A stretch of DNA of 64,000 nt. It comes from Phoronis australis (lineage: Eukaryota; Animalia; Phoronida). The stretch is from assembly GCA_002633005.1 (NCBI GenBank), contig NMRA01000042.1, positions 1,185,019 to 1,249,018 of the forward strand, in the 5' to 3' direction. Position numbers and translations under genes: made by a program. How positions within the stretch are numbered: the stretch's first letter is position 1; every line of letters begins with the position of its first letter. The notes beneath the pieces were generated by a model, which had not been told where the DNA came from, searched no databases, and worked only from the letters and a program-made list of their open reading frames with translations. Positions 26,001 through 37,489 of this stretch are shown one piece after another.

Positions 26001-29000
26001 GGGTTACATGCAGCAATACTATACTTTTTGATCAGGATTGGAAATTTATCAAGGAAGTAACCATAGTTTTAATTGTTTGATGCAACATTCTTATTCACTG
26101 TTATTTCAGAGTACAAGGGGACATTTCCAGCTCTCACAGGAACTCTAGCTCTGGCCTACTTCATACACAATGCAGTTTTGTCTATTACTCGCAATCAGAA
26201 ACATCCTGAGAACAATGTAAGTTATGTAATATTTTGTTTCCTCGTGGGAGGTTGCAAAATTTCTAAATAGGGAAGTTCTCGGAAATGCGGACGAAACCAC
26301 CTAGCTCAACTTGCTTACCTGCTACTGAAGGTTAATGTGTCAGCTAATAACATTTGACGAGTCGTCAGATATTTGCTAATCTTTTGAGAAATCAACCAAC
26401 AAGACTCTTCATTACTAAATCAGCTTTAATGTCTTTGAATTTTAAAAATAGTAACAATGGTCAAAATTTAGACCCAGGTTGGGAGAGTCAGTTGCAGCGT
26501 CGGGGAAATTCGGACCAGCAAATTCTGAATAAGGTAAAACTCAGAAAAAAATATATAATAGTACTTTATGTTTCAAAAAAATATTTTAGGTATTATGGGG
26601 CAAATAATAATAAAATTGAGAAGTCATCATGTCCTGGCCACATTAATGATGTAAAAGTATGTTCTCCAATACCAAATTTGTGTGCAACCCTCATGGTAAG
26701 CAGTGCCATTGTCATCATCTGAGAATGAAAATCTCAAAGAACCATTGAGAAAACCATCTACTGACCTAATGCATTGTGTACAAATTTCCTCGCAGCATAC
26801 TATAAGTTGGTGGGGAAATTTGGACACCTGTTTTTTATCAAATCCTGTTTTTTGTTTGTTTTACTGTAATTGAAGTTTGCTTAACAAATAAACCAGCGGA
26901 TTGATATATTAAGCATCAAGCAGATTCAAGTTTATTTATACGTCAAGGGACCAAGTGACATAAATATAACTTAGAAACAAGAGTGAACCTACCGTAGACC
27001 TTCAAAATCGCCATGCTAAGCAGACGACGGAGCAAAGAAAGGTGCCCAACATAAGTCGTATGTCCTGAAACTTCACTTAGTTCAAGTAAGGTCATTGTTC
27101 AAGGAAGTTAAAAAAGTTTTTTGTTCCGTAGATAGGCAGCTTCAGTTGGTTATTATTAAATTTGACATGTATTTAGACTTATCGGAATTTTACGACTGTT
27201 CAAGCTTCCCCAAACTACCACTTGTTTCACATATGTAATTGACTCGAATTTCTTCTACCTGCACTGAGGCCCTTTACTGGATTTTCAGTGGCCTTTTAGT
27301 CCTACCGCTGTCACACTAATAGTTGTTGAGAATCAATTTTGGATACTTGTCAGTGATAGAAATTTTTACCTATGCGGTAAGTACACACTATATGAGCCAT
27401 TTTGCGATATGGTGGCAACATTTGATGTGTCGCTAAATGGCATTAGTCTTTTGTGTGCAAACGTGTGCAACCCCACCTACATTTTGCAATCATGTAACTT
27501 GGATGGAGATTTCAAAGCATGTTTTTAATTAATTTTGATTCTGTTTTGGTGTCAGTCACGCAAAGAGTCATTATGAAATTGGGCATATGTGTTAATTTTG
27601 TACTGAAGAGAGCATGGCTGACACTTATTTTCAGATGGGTTTGAAAAGTGTGGCTATTTTGTTTTTTGTCTGCCTCAATATCTACCAAGTTGCTTGATGG
27701 ATCAACATGACATTTGATACATTTGTTCCTACTGAGAAGCGCACGGCTGATGCTAACTTTGGTACATTTCTGACTGCTGTGGCATCCCCTAAAGGGCAAT
27801 TTAGCTTTTTTTCTATGTTTTGTGACAGATTTTCCAAATGTTGGCATGTAGGTTTTTATTAAGGAGACCACGACCCCTCCCATTTTCGGAAGGATTTGTC
27901 ATATTCTTGGCCACTTGGTGGCCACTTTAAATTTGTACTTTTTCATCTTTTATGAAAAATTAAGAAAAGGGAATGTCTCTTGTCTGTCATATTGTGTTCT
28001 AGAATTTAGTAGGATTTTACTGACCGTGAATATATTCAGAAAGTTGTCTTGCTAATAAGCTTATGAAAGTTTGATAATTCTAGCTGTTGATGGCCATTTG
28101 CAAGATCAAAATTTTCTTATCAGGCTTGGGTCTTTTAAAGAAGTAAAGTTCATAGTTCTTAATACTGGGGCCACATGATAAAGGTTTCAATTTTAGCCAG
28201 TAATGGTGTAAGTTAGCATAATATATACTCCGCAGCTTCACTGTCAGGAATGTGATTAGTCATGTCCAATACTGTGGTTATTTTCATGGCGATGTCTATT
28301 TCCAGGCCCGTGATCTCACCATAGCTTACATTTGTGTCATGGCTACGTACACATTTGTTGGTATATTCTTCTACATCACATTTCCACTTGCCAAGTCATG
28401 CATAGCCGATGTAAGTATATGACTCGTGTTGACTTATATACTGAATGGTAAATAGAGGATATCCTCATTAAGTTTAGTTTGAAAATAAGAAATCCTCCCA
28501 ACTCATTAGTCTCTGTATAATATTAAATCAGATTCCCAAATTGAGTAAAGATTCATTTTTAATTCTTAAACTTATTATATTTTTATTTTAAATTGATTCA
28601 AAGTAAATGTGAGTGTTGTCCTTCCACAGGGTGCATTGAGTGTTAAATGTTTTGTTTTGATATTTATTTTGTGGTCCTTTCAAGAAATCGCAGAATATGG
28701 CAAGCTGTTTTACTTGTTTCTTTAGTTAAACTGTGGTCAGGATGGAACTACGCAGTATTTAGTTTTGTCTCACTAAGCCACTTTGTTTTTATTATACCCT
28801 TCTGTGAAGTCGATGTGGCTCTCAATATAACTTTGAAAAACTGAATTGTATTTGCACGCTCCTAACTATACTAGTGTAGAGTGGGAAGTAAATGCCAATG
28901 CTATTTTAACACAATCTGCACTAAACAAAGTGCATTTGTATTCATTGACAACTTGTAAAATAATGTGAAAAATTCTTCTAATGACGTAGTTCGCAGGCTC

Positions 29001-31995
29001 ACATACCCTGCATCATGCAGTGTTGTTCGTGAGCACCATGTCACGATATTTACTGGACACAGATTAGTGATCTGCGGCGGATCATTTTCACCAGGAAACT
29101 CGTTCTTAAAAATATTTGGCGATTTTTAACATTAAATTAAGAGCATATTGGATGAAGCAGGTTACACATTCTATTTATTGAGAGGTTGCAACCAAGTCAA
29201 CATTTTGCACATTGTCTTTGATTGCAATGTTCAAGCTGATGACTGATTAAGAAAAGATCTTCAGACCAAAATTTGTTTTCATTGAAAAATTTGATACTTG
29301 AAGCAGCTCACCAGTCTCAAAAGAGTGTTTATTATTTCTGTCAATGAACTTTCTAGGCATTGTTAATCTGTTGCTTAAACATTATTTTTGGCGCTAATGT
29401 TCTGATACCTACGGGCCTAAGTATGAGGTCTCTCCTCGCGAGAGCTTGGTTGAAGGGGTGCTGCCATCTCGGGGGATGGAGGTATTTTGTTGTCTCAAGT
29501 AACATGTTGCTTATGTGAGTATTTTTGCATCTAGGATGATACGTCATTGACTTTGTTCTATCAGGTGGCAGCCAGAAGTGGCAGCCATGGGTATAAGGTC
29601 AGCAGAAGTAGTGTTGTCTTGAGGAGTTCTTCTCATCATTTGGTATTCCATTGGGTACCCATTTTTCCAGTTGCCCATTAATTGCCTTAGTTTCAATATT
29701 GAGTGTGCACTCCCTTACCTATTATGCAAAAGAGAGCCCCCCCCATGCATGGAATACACATCCTAATAAAGAGATATACAGGTATTGTTATGTCTGGTTT
29801 TTCTCTTTCCAGAATCTTCTCAACAGTTTGGATACCCTCGACCCCATGGCTTTCGCTGCTCGTATCGGCCTTCTGTTTCAAATGGTCACTGTCTTCCCTC
29901 TACTCATGTTTATCTTCAGGGTCCAGTTTATGCACATAGTTTTTGGCTCAGTGTGGCCAAGGTAAGGTCATTGAAAGGATGATTTATTGATTGATTGATT
30001 GATTGATTTGTCAATCGATTGATTAATTGGGTTGGTATAATTTAGTGGTGGTCTTGTTCATTAAAGCCCCTCTTTCTGTCCATTTACTCTTAAGATGGAG
30101 TTAAGAAGTATCTGGTTAAAATTGTTTTTCCTTAGTGTTTAGTTGCCAAAAACTAAAAAATGAATTAAGCCACTCAGTTCATAAGTCAGTCTCATGATAC
30201 TTCTTATCGCATTAGGACTCGATTTCAATCAGCCATCAATGACTCAAAGAAAATGATTCGGAGTTAATTGGGGCCTAGCACCAAACAGTATGATATTGCT
30301 ACCAGTCGGAGCTGGGCAACCCTGAAATTGTAAAATTCCAAAATTGTGCATTTATGCATTGCCTGTGACTTGAGATGCTGGCTTATTTGGTAACAATTAA
30401 AACTAGGATAAGCATGGTAATTCTTTTAAACCCTTAAGTATTTTGGTTAAGAATTCAACATTGACACAAAAACAAATGGGAAATGCCTTGTTGAGCCGGT
30501 AGTGTCAAACTGTAAGTAAAAATCTTGTCGTCATGTTGATATGGCTTTTAACATTCCATCGGAATTAAGAGCATGGATTGACCTAAATATGAATTGGAGC
30601 AATCAAATTTTGGAAATCCATGGTGGTCCTGTGCTTTTGAATGTTGTTTTTACTCCAATGGTGTGGATATTCTTTGTAATAAGTTAAACATAATATGTAG
30701 GCCAGTATTATCAGGTTTAAGGCAGTATCCCCTAATGATTCTGTTTTCATGTAGTTTTAACTTCTATCTTGCTAGCTAACCAAGGAATTCCAGTGTTCTG
30801 GGCACAATACCAGCTACATAATATCTATGAGTAACCCAGTGTGGATAAGTTTCAAAAAATATGTTGTTTACCGAATTTGAATTAGTTCGCATTTTTGCGA
30901 AGTTATGTTAGCTAAAACAAGGTTTAACTCGGCTCAAATATAATTTAATGTGTGTTGTTTTTGTTGTGTTTAGGTGCACAGTTTGTGTGAGTCACTTTTA
31001 TTAAGGTGTGGACAATTTGAGAAATTACTGGCTGAAGTCACGGGGTAGCACTATGAAGAATTTACAATTGTTGGATGATTTCTGTGAAGTTAGTTTCACC
31101 CAGTTTCATTTTATTTCCAGTTTAAAGCACGTTATAGTCATGAATTTGACAGTTATAGCCATCTGCCTTGTGTTTGCCGTGTTCTACCCAAGTGTTGGCA
31201 GTGTCATTAGGTATGTATGACATCATCAGGTACATTCAGTGTCAAGGTTTTTATTGACCAGGATGCATTAGGTTTGTAGGAGACAGTGTGTCTCAGTGGT
31301 TTGAGCTCCGGACTCCAGTTTGCAAGACCCAAGGGTCATATCCTGGCTTTACTGGCAGACAATCGAGCATTGCTCATAGCTATTTCTTACTTCTCTTAGC
31401 TCAGTTTTAGTAGTGAAAGCTCATGCAAGAGTGTGATATAAGGCAAAAGTGATTTCTGGAGGTGTGCTTATGTTTAAAAAATGAGGCTTGTATGGTGTCG
31501 TCAGGTTCATTTAGTGTCTAGGTTTGTATTGGCCAGGGGTTGTTAGGTATGTATGGCGTCTTCAGGTTCAATTAATGTTTAGATCTACATTGTCCCAGGG
31601 TCATCAAGTACTTGTAGAATCATTAAAGCAATATTAAGTTTATATCCCAAGCTTACAGCAAAAAATATTAAAATGTTGGAACAAATGCTTTTTCAATTGA
31701 CCTTTTTGCAGTTGAGTTGTCACACTCTAATTGATGTCTTTAAAGTTTTCTGTTGGAGCCTAGTTATTGCTGTGTGTGGCTTCAACATTAATCTTCAGTC
31801 TTGAATGGTATTTCCGTCAATTTCAGATTTTCTGGTGCTTTCTGTGGGATGTCCTATATCTTCGCCCTTCCCTGTCTTGTTCACATGTTGAGGTTACGAC
31901 GTGAGGGCAAGCTGACCATGATCTCGTGTGTGGTTCATTGCAGTCTCATATTTATTGGAGTTGCAAACTTCATCGCTCAATTTGTAATACTTTGA
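17070..31995 (+). CDS. SLC38A9: Lysosomal sodium-coupled amino acid transporter/arginine sensor SLC38A9, 13 coding exons, about 509 aa
   Basis: Exons: 17070-17110, 18318-18435, 19926-20011, 20952-21109, 22560-22727, 23733-23792, 24453-24626, 25111-25215, 26110-26216, 28306-28410, 29813-29961, 31121-31210, 31827-31995. Total 1530 nt, in frame. Family motifs: [15 protein letters not shown] (Rag-binding N-terminus), [16 protein letters not shown] (TM1), [41 protein letters not shown]. Exon 1 is the least certain. Confidence 0.93.
17184..17619. mobile_element. Composite nested MITEs in SLC38A9 intron 1
   Basis: Outer arms gcattggtcggatatagcggtccctgatttagagaacc and ggttctctaaatcagggacggctatatccgaccagtgc. 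Inner element 17253-17563 has hAT-like termini CAGTGGCGGATCTAG and CTAAATCTGCCTATG. Innermost 33-bp-stem palindrome at 17336-17405. Confidence 0.75.
23016..23156. repeat. 105-bp insert flanked by an 18-bp direct repeat
   Basis: gctgaacgtattcttata at 23016-23033 and 23139-23156; the insert carries an internal inverted pair ctgtcacgg/ccgtgacag. Confidence 0.7.
29986..30025. repeat. (ATTG)n microsatellite
   Basis: attgattgattgattgattgatt... just downstream of an SLC38A9 donor site. Confidence 0.85.
31280..31350 (+). mobile_element. Decayed tRNA-derived SINE head
   Basis: gtgtctcagtggtt (A-box-like) and gggtcatatcctgg (degenerate B box) at tRNA-like spacing. Confidence 0.35.
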
Positions 31996-34589
31996 CGTGC
32001 AGGTGACACATAAAGTATTTGATGGATAATTTGGGCTTAAACTGCATTTTATTTGTGTAATGGCAGGGTATCACTTGAGATTTTGGGCAAAATCAACTTT
32101 GATTAGAATTGTTTATAGTCAACATCACTTTAACTGTACCCACTCCAGTCCTGTTTATACATTCTTATTTTGTTTATTATACATATCTCAGAGCACAACA
32201 TTTTTTATTTTAGCAATGCAATTTTTGAGATGTCTTTTTGTTAAAAATTGAAATTATAAATTGTCAAATTTTATATTTTGTGAACATCAGTTATATATAC
32301 TGCATTTTTAGGGAAGGGTTTAAGGCTGTCACAATTGAACGATTGGTGAATTGCAAGTATTCGTTTTTTATTGAAGGCTGTATATAAGAAGTCATTCACA
32401 ATATTATATGGTCACCATTTCCACGAGTGTTAAAAATGAGCATTTCACAAGTTTTGAAAACGTCCGCTTTAATGAAGGAGGGGGTGGAGGCCTGTTGCAT
32501 AGGGTGCTCCTGTGATAGAGAGAAATGATGATGAGAACAAGTAAATTCAATTCTTTATTTTGCTTTTTTACACCAACAATATGTGCAAGATTGTTTCTAG
32601 GAAGTATTTGATTTTCCATGTCAGTTTGTTGACGAACACCAGCATTGAAGTTTGAATTATTGTTCGGAAATACAAACTGTTGTATAAACGAAAGTGTAGA
32701 GTGAACAAAAAGTGATAAAGCTTCAAATTTTGGGGTGAAATTCTATATTCTAATTCGTTTGGAAAGAACAAAAAATCAAATAGTGGAAAGCAAGTTCACT
32801 GCAGAGATCCGTATACTGAAGTTAAGTCAATCAAATTTGATAAAAGTAAATACCGTACTAGGTTTATGTAAAGTTCTTTGAAATTTTTCTTTCTTCAGTT
32901 TCCTTAGACCACTTTGTATGTATGGTATTATCAGCCAGTTTATACACCTTAGGCAAAATTAGTTGAGTTAAAATTGTGCGCATGTTTTGTGCACTGGTGT
33001 GTGGCAATGAATGTGCCTAAGTGAGCCATGTTTTTGGTATGGAGACTCAATTGACCTTACACCTGAAAATGAATGACAGGTGTGATTGACCAATCAGAAT
33101 GCTGCATCCCGGACACTCTCCAGCTGCAGTTCAAGTCGTCACCTTGTTCAACACGGAGTACATGAAAACTCCAGAGAATTTTCACATCAGAGCTCACAAA
33201 TTACTGAGAGGCTGCCGTCCAAGCCTTGGAAATAAAGCCACGGGTGTATGTAGAACTGTTGAAAAGCCCTCGCAGAGGCTGGATTGATTTCAAATTAGTG
33301 AGTGTTCTTGACTTTTAGCTGATCAAATGCCAGACTGTGAGCACTTGTTTTGGTGGCTAACATGGTAAATAAAGAGTAATATGCTTGCCTTTAAGTCAGT
33401 GATTATATATGCCTGTGAGTCATTGAATAAAAATTTATATTGGTTGTACGTTTATTAATAAAAAGCCTAATGATTGTTTGTCTCTCTCATTAATTAGACT
33501 ACTTCACTCTTTTCAGTAAGAAGGTGTAACGACAACACAACTGAACAGCTGTTCTAATTATTTCGTCAAGCATGAGATTGATAAAATGACATTACTCCCT
33601 TTCTCTATCTGCCCACCGGTCTATCCTTGCGACTGCCTGGCACCTGACTTTTGGCAGGCATTACACACAAGGAGTTCTAGAATAACTTGCCTGTCAACTC
33701 CCTCCCCCCAAACGTGAAAGCTCATCAAAAATATCTTTTAAACAATTTCTGGTGAAAGTACCATTTCGCAACGTCTAGTACAGAGGAATTCACTTTCCCT
33801 GTGAGGAAATTTCTGAAAAAATCACAAATTTCACGATTTTTGAAATTCGTGTGAAGGAAAAATTCTGTGGTTACCACAGAATTTCTACTCTCCCTCCCAC
33901 TTATGATAAATTTGCTCACGGTCAGTTACTTGAAGTCGCTTGAGGTTAAAGGTCACACTTTCCATTAATAAGTGAAATGGCTACGTCTGTGCCATACTAA
34001 ATAAGGAAACGTGTTTGCCTTGTGGGAGAAAAGTCGACGAAGTGGCGAGCAGTTGACAGGTGTTTTTTTATTGAAATACGAAACTAATAGAAAATCCTTC
34101 GGATATCAACAGAAATAAAAAATCTTTACGAACAAGCCCTGAAACATCAGGTAAGCAGATTGGTTTCTGTTTCAGTGGCAGTTAACCTCTTTCAAAATTG
34201 TGATTTAGTCTGTTCTTGCGTTCCTGGCCTCTTTAAGCCGAGAGTCCACACTATTGACAAATATGGCGCAAAAATTATCAGAACAAGTTACGCTACTTCG
34301 AGAAGATGGGGTAAGTTGTCTCGCCTGCGAAGTTGCTCCTAAACCTGATGAACGCCGTACTTTTCCAGGGGAAAATTGCTCAAGGGTGCCTTGTGCACGG
34401 CACTTCAGATGTGTTCCGAAATTATCATCATTTTTTCTTATACTCGTTTAAAGTGGATTAATTTGGAACGTGCCAAAAATCCATACTGAGTTGAACTTGT
34501 ACGATGTGATTGATCAAAAAAGTTTTACAAAATGTGCAACCGAGGCATGGCCACACTGTGAATTCAATTGATATTTAACAGCATATCAG

Positions 34590-34728
34590 AGACCAGCCGG
34601 TATACACGTCGGCTTGCCACACGCCTGGCGTAGCGCGTTCGCCGAGCTAGATAGTGCCACCGTTTCAACTATAGCAGTAGGGCACGCTGCTAGTTGAGAC
34701 GGTGACACTGTCTAGCACCGGCCGGTCT
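34590..34728. repeat. Imperfect palindrome / hairpin element
   Basis: gctagatagtgccaccgtttcaacta pairs with tagttgagacggtgacactgtctagc (34646-34716); outer pair agaccagccggt and accggccggtct. Confidence 0.7.
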
Positions 34729-34981
34729 TATCTGTCGGTTCTTTACAAGCTCAGAAATCACTCCGTCATGTGAGTAAGAACTTGAGACCATAGTCGCAGT
34801 CTTGGTATGTGGTCTAATCAAAAGTTCGCTTCTGAGTTGGACGCAGAATCAGTGTTTTTTTGCTGGATTTCTCCCTGATTAGCCCAGGGCTGATGAAAAT
34901 CAAAATGGGCCTTTTTAACTCACATAACTGAAAATCGGTCTAGTGATTCCTTGTTGGACTAAAAAAACGCCTCAAAGTTAA

Positions 34982-36312
34982 AGGCGAAGGCAGCCTTTTT
35001 CATGTCACTTTTAGCAAAAATAAGGTCTGTTGATTATCCCAGACATATTTTCACTTAATTACAGCTTTTCGTAATTTAATTAATTCCTCGTCCTCTACTC
35101 CGGAATTGACGTTTAGGGAGGCAAGAATTTCGCGCCAATTTCTTTTCATACAGTCAGACTGTGAGAGTTGTCAAGTCGGTCATTGTTATACCTCGGATGT
35201 GATAAGTTCGGTCGTCGTTTGCTTTCGTTTACAAGCTGAGTCAGTCAACATGCCACGCTGTTCGGTGCTGCGTACCAGGATGTACTCATTATCGTCTCAC
35301 ACGCGCTTTGGGTATACCATTGCATCGCTTTCCGAAGGATGACACACTTCGCCGTACTTGGCTAGCTCGTTCGTGTGAAGAACGCAGCGCTACTCTTTCA
35401 CGCAACGTACAAAGCAGTGACAAGCATTTTCAGCCGTCAATTACAACAGAGATATGTACCACGCTGAATTGATGAAGGTCCCTGCAAAACAACGCCTGAA
35501 GAAGGGTTCCATACCGTCGCTGTTGATCATAGTTCCCGGCAGTGCCCCGTCGCCACCCCCGAGAAGTGCGTTTTTGAAGCGAGAAGCCTCGCGAGCTGTG
35601 TCATGGCCACTATAAACAATGACTGGAGGCACTTCATCTACTGTCAACCATGCCTTCGAACGTACCCCATAGCGTGCAATTCCAGGAACTAGCAGTGATT
35701 CCCCGTGTGCTGTTGTCTCTAGCCCACAGGCTGTAAGCAGCCCTGCGCGATTTTGAGTAGTGGGAGTGAATACACATAGGCCCAGTTTGACACCCAGTGA
35801 AAAGGACAGTTCGTCATCCAATGAACAGATCGGTGGGCTTAAGTTTGATAAATTTATTGTGGACTTGTATTGGAGCTATTTAGAAGGTGCCACGTGTGTG
35901 ACGAGGGAGTCGCACGGCGGTATGTAAGCAGTTTGGCTGCTCAAGTCACCATCCACTGGGAGTCCGAGTGTCAGTCGCGGGATACTCGGGCAAGTGGGCT
36001 GTTCTTCCTCTGTACCGCGTGAGACGATAATGAGTACATCTCGGTAGGCAGCAACAGCGTGGAATGTTGACTGACTCGTAAATAAAAGCAGATGACGACC
36101 GAACTTATCACAACCGAGGTAGATCAATGACTGACTCGACTGCTCTCACAGTCAGACCGTATGAAAAGAAATTGGCGCGAAATTCTTGCCTCCCAAAACG
36201 TCACTTCCGGAGTAGACGACAAGTAATTAATAAAATACGAAAGCTGTAAATAAGTGAAAAATATTTCTGGGATAATCAACGAACCCTATTTTTGCTAAGG
36301 TTGCCTTCGACC
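34982..36312. mobile_element. Kolobok-like TTAA DNA transposon derivative with about 320-bp TIRs
   Basis: TTAA at 34978-34981 and 36313-36316; termini AGGCGAAGGCAGCC and GGTTGCCTTCGACC. Long inverted arms at about 34982-35305 and 36016-36312 (for example gggaggcaagaatttcgcgccaatttcttttcatac and its reverse complement). Contains a THAP remnant. Confidence 0.8.
35250..35530 (+). pseudogene. Frameshifted THAP zinc-finger domain (transposase N-terminus remnant)
   Basis: Across about two frameshifts it reads MPRC..PGCTHYRLTRALGIPLHRFPKDDTLRRTWL..DKHFQPS..AELMKVPAKQRLKKGSIPSLL. This matches the THAP pattern C-x-C ... LHRFP ... W ... HF ... LKxxAVPT-like box. Confidence 0.75.
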
Positions 36313-36602
36313 TTAATGCATTGGGTTGGCAAACCCCTGCGAAATCGAAATAGCGCATGTACGCATTACCTGTGACTGTTGATCGGATTTGGGAGCCGGA
36401 CGAAAATATAATCCTGGCAAAGTAAGGAAGATTATTATATCTAGACCGATAAGAGTGAAAAAGGCCTCTAATATTCATTTTTAGGAGCCCATCACATCGA
36501 GCTAACAACCTTTTTATGCACCTGGAAAACGAACTCTTTGTGTACGGGATAAAATTTTCCGGCCGTCACATAAGCCAGTATTTCATTGCTCAGTGTGAAG
36601 AC

Positions 36603-36699
36603 NNNNNNNNNNNNNNNNNNNNNNNNNNNNNNNNNNNNNNNNNNNNNNNNNNNNNNNNNNNNNNNNNNNNNNNNNNNNNNNNNNNNNNNNNNNNNNNNN
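36603..36699. other. Assembly gap (N run)
   Basis: Run of N bases; true length unknown. Confidence 0.98.
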
Positions 36700-36739
36700 C
36701 TAGTAGGCTCATTGCCATGCCATACGGGGCATAAAACAT

Positions 36740-37245
36740 TTTCTATATACTTGAAGGCAAGTGCAAGCTTTTTAATTACGCAGATGACAATACACTTGTA
36801 CACTGTGACGACTCTGTGGATAAAGACTGACTTGTTCTGAAAGGCCGCCAACGGAAAAAATCGTAACTCAAAAGCCGTCACTTGCAGTGAGTCGGGAATG
36901 ACACTCAGCGATTCCGAAATATTTTTTTATGCTGGCACGAATATTATTAAGTGTGAGAATTCTGTTAAACTGCTGGGTGTGCTCTTTGGCTGAAAATCAT
37001 ATTTCTATGAACATGTGGACAACTAGTCTGTGAAAATAAAAAAAAGCAGCAAAATGTGTGTTCAGAGCCAGGCTAGGGTCTATTTTAGGCCTACCGTGTT
37101 CCGTCTGCGTCACTAAGTTGGAGATTTATTATGCATTTATTCGGTCATATTTTAATTATTGTCTTCTAAATTGGCACTTATATGGTGTTCAGAAAGCCCG
37201 AAAAATGGAAAAGATTCAATATCGGGCCTTAAAAAGTGTCCGCGA
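36740..37245 (+). mobile_element. Decayed CR1/L2-group LINE reverse transcriptase fragment
   Basis: Broken frames encode NYADDNTL (YADD motif), IKCENSVKLLGV and KLEIYYAFIRSYFNYCLLNWHLY..KMEKIQYRALKSV, typical of the RT and C-terminal region of CR1/L2/Crack LINEs. Confidence 0.8.
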
Positions 37246-37489
37246 TTGTTAAGCCCGGCGGGCGACGGAGCGCTTGGAGTCATCACGGCAATATACAACA
37301 GATGGCTCTGTGAAATCAACGAGAAGTCGCGTCAGTACGCGAGATGTGACTTTCCACCATGATCTTTTTTCGTCGTTTTGTGTGATTTGTAGTTAAGATT
37401 TCCTCTTCTTTTCTAGCATTTTATAGCTGTTTTATCACCAGTATCTTGTTTTGATAATTTTGTGGTTTACTAAGATTCTTGAAAAGATC

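Noticed and set aside
27430-27900. Possible decayed DNA transposon/Helentron-like repeat in an SLC38A9 intron
   Set aside because: Repeat-like texture, but no termini, duplication or second copy could be defined in the window.
35441-35821. 126-aa minus-strand ORF as a protein gene
   Set aside because: No recognisable motif; it lies inside the transposon derivative, partly antisense to the THAP remnant.
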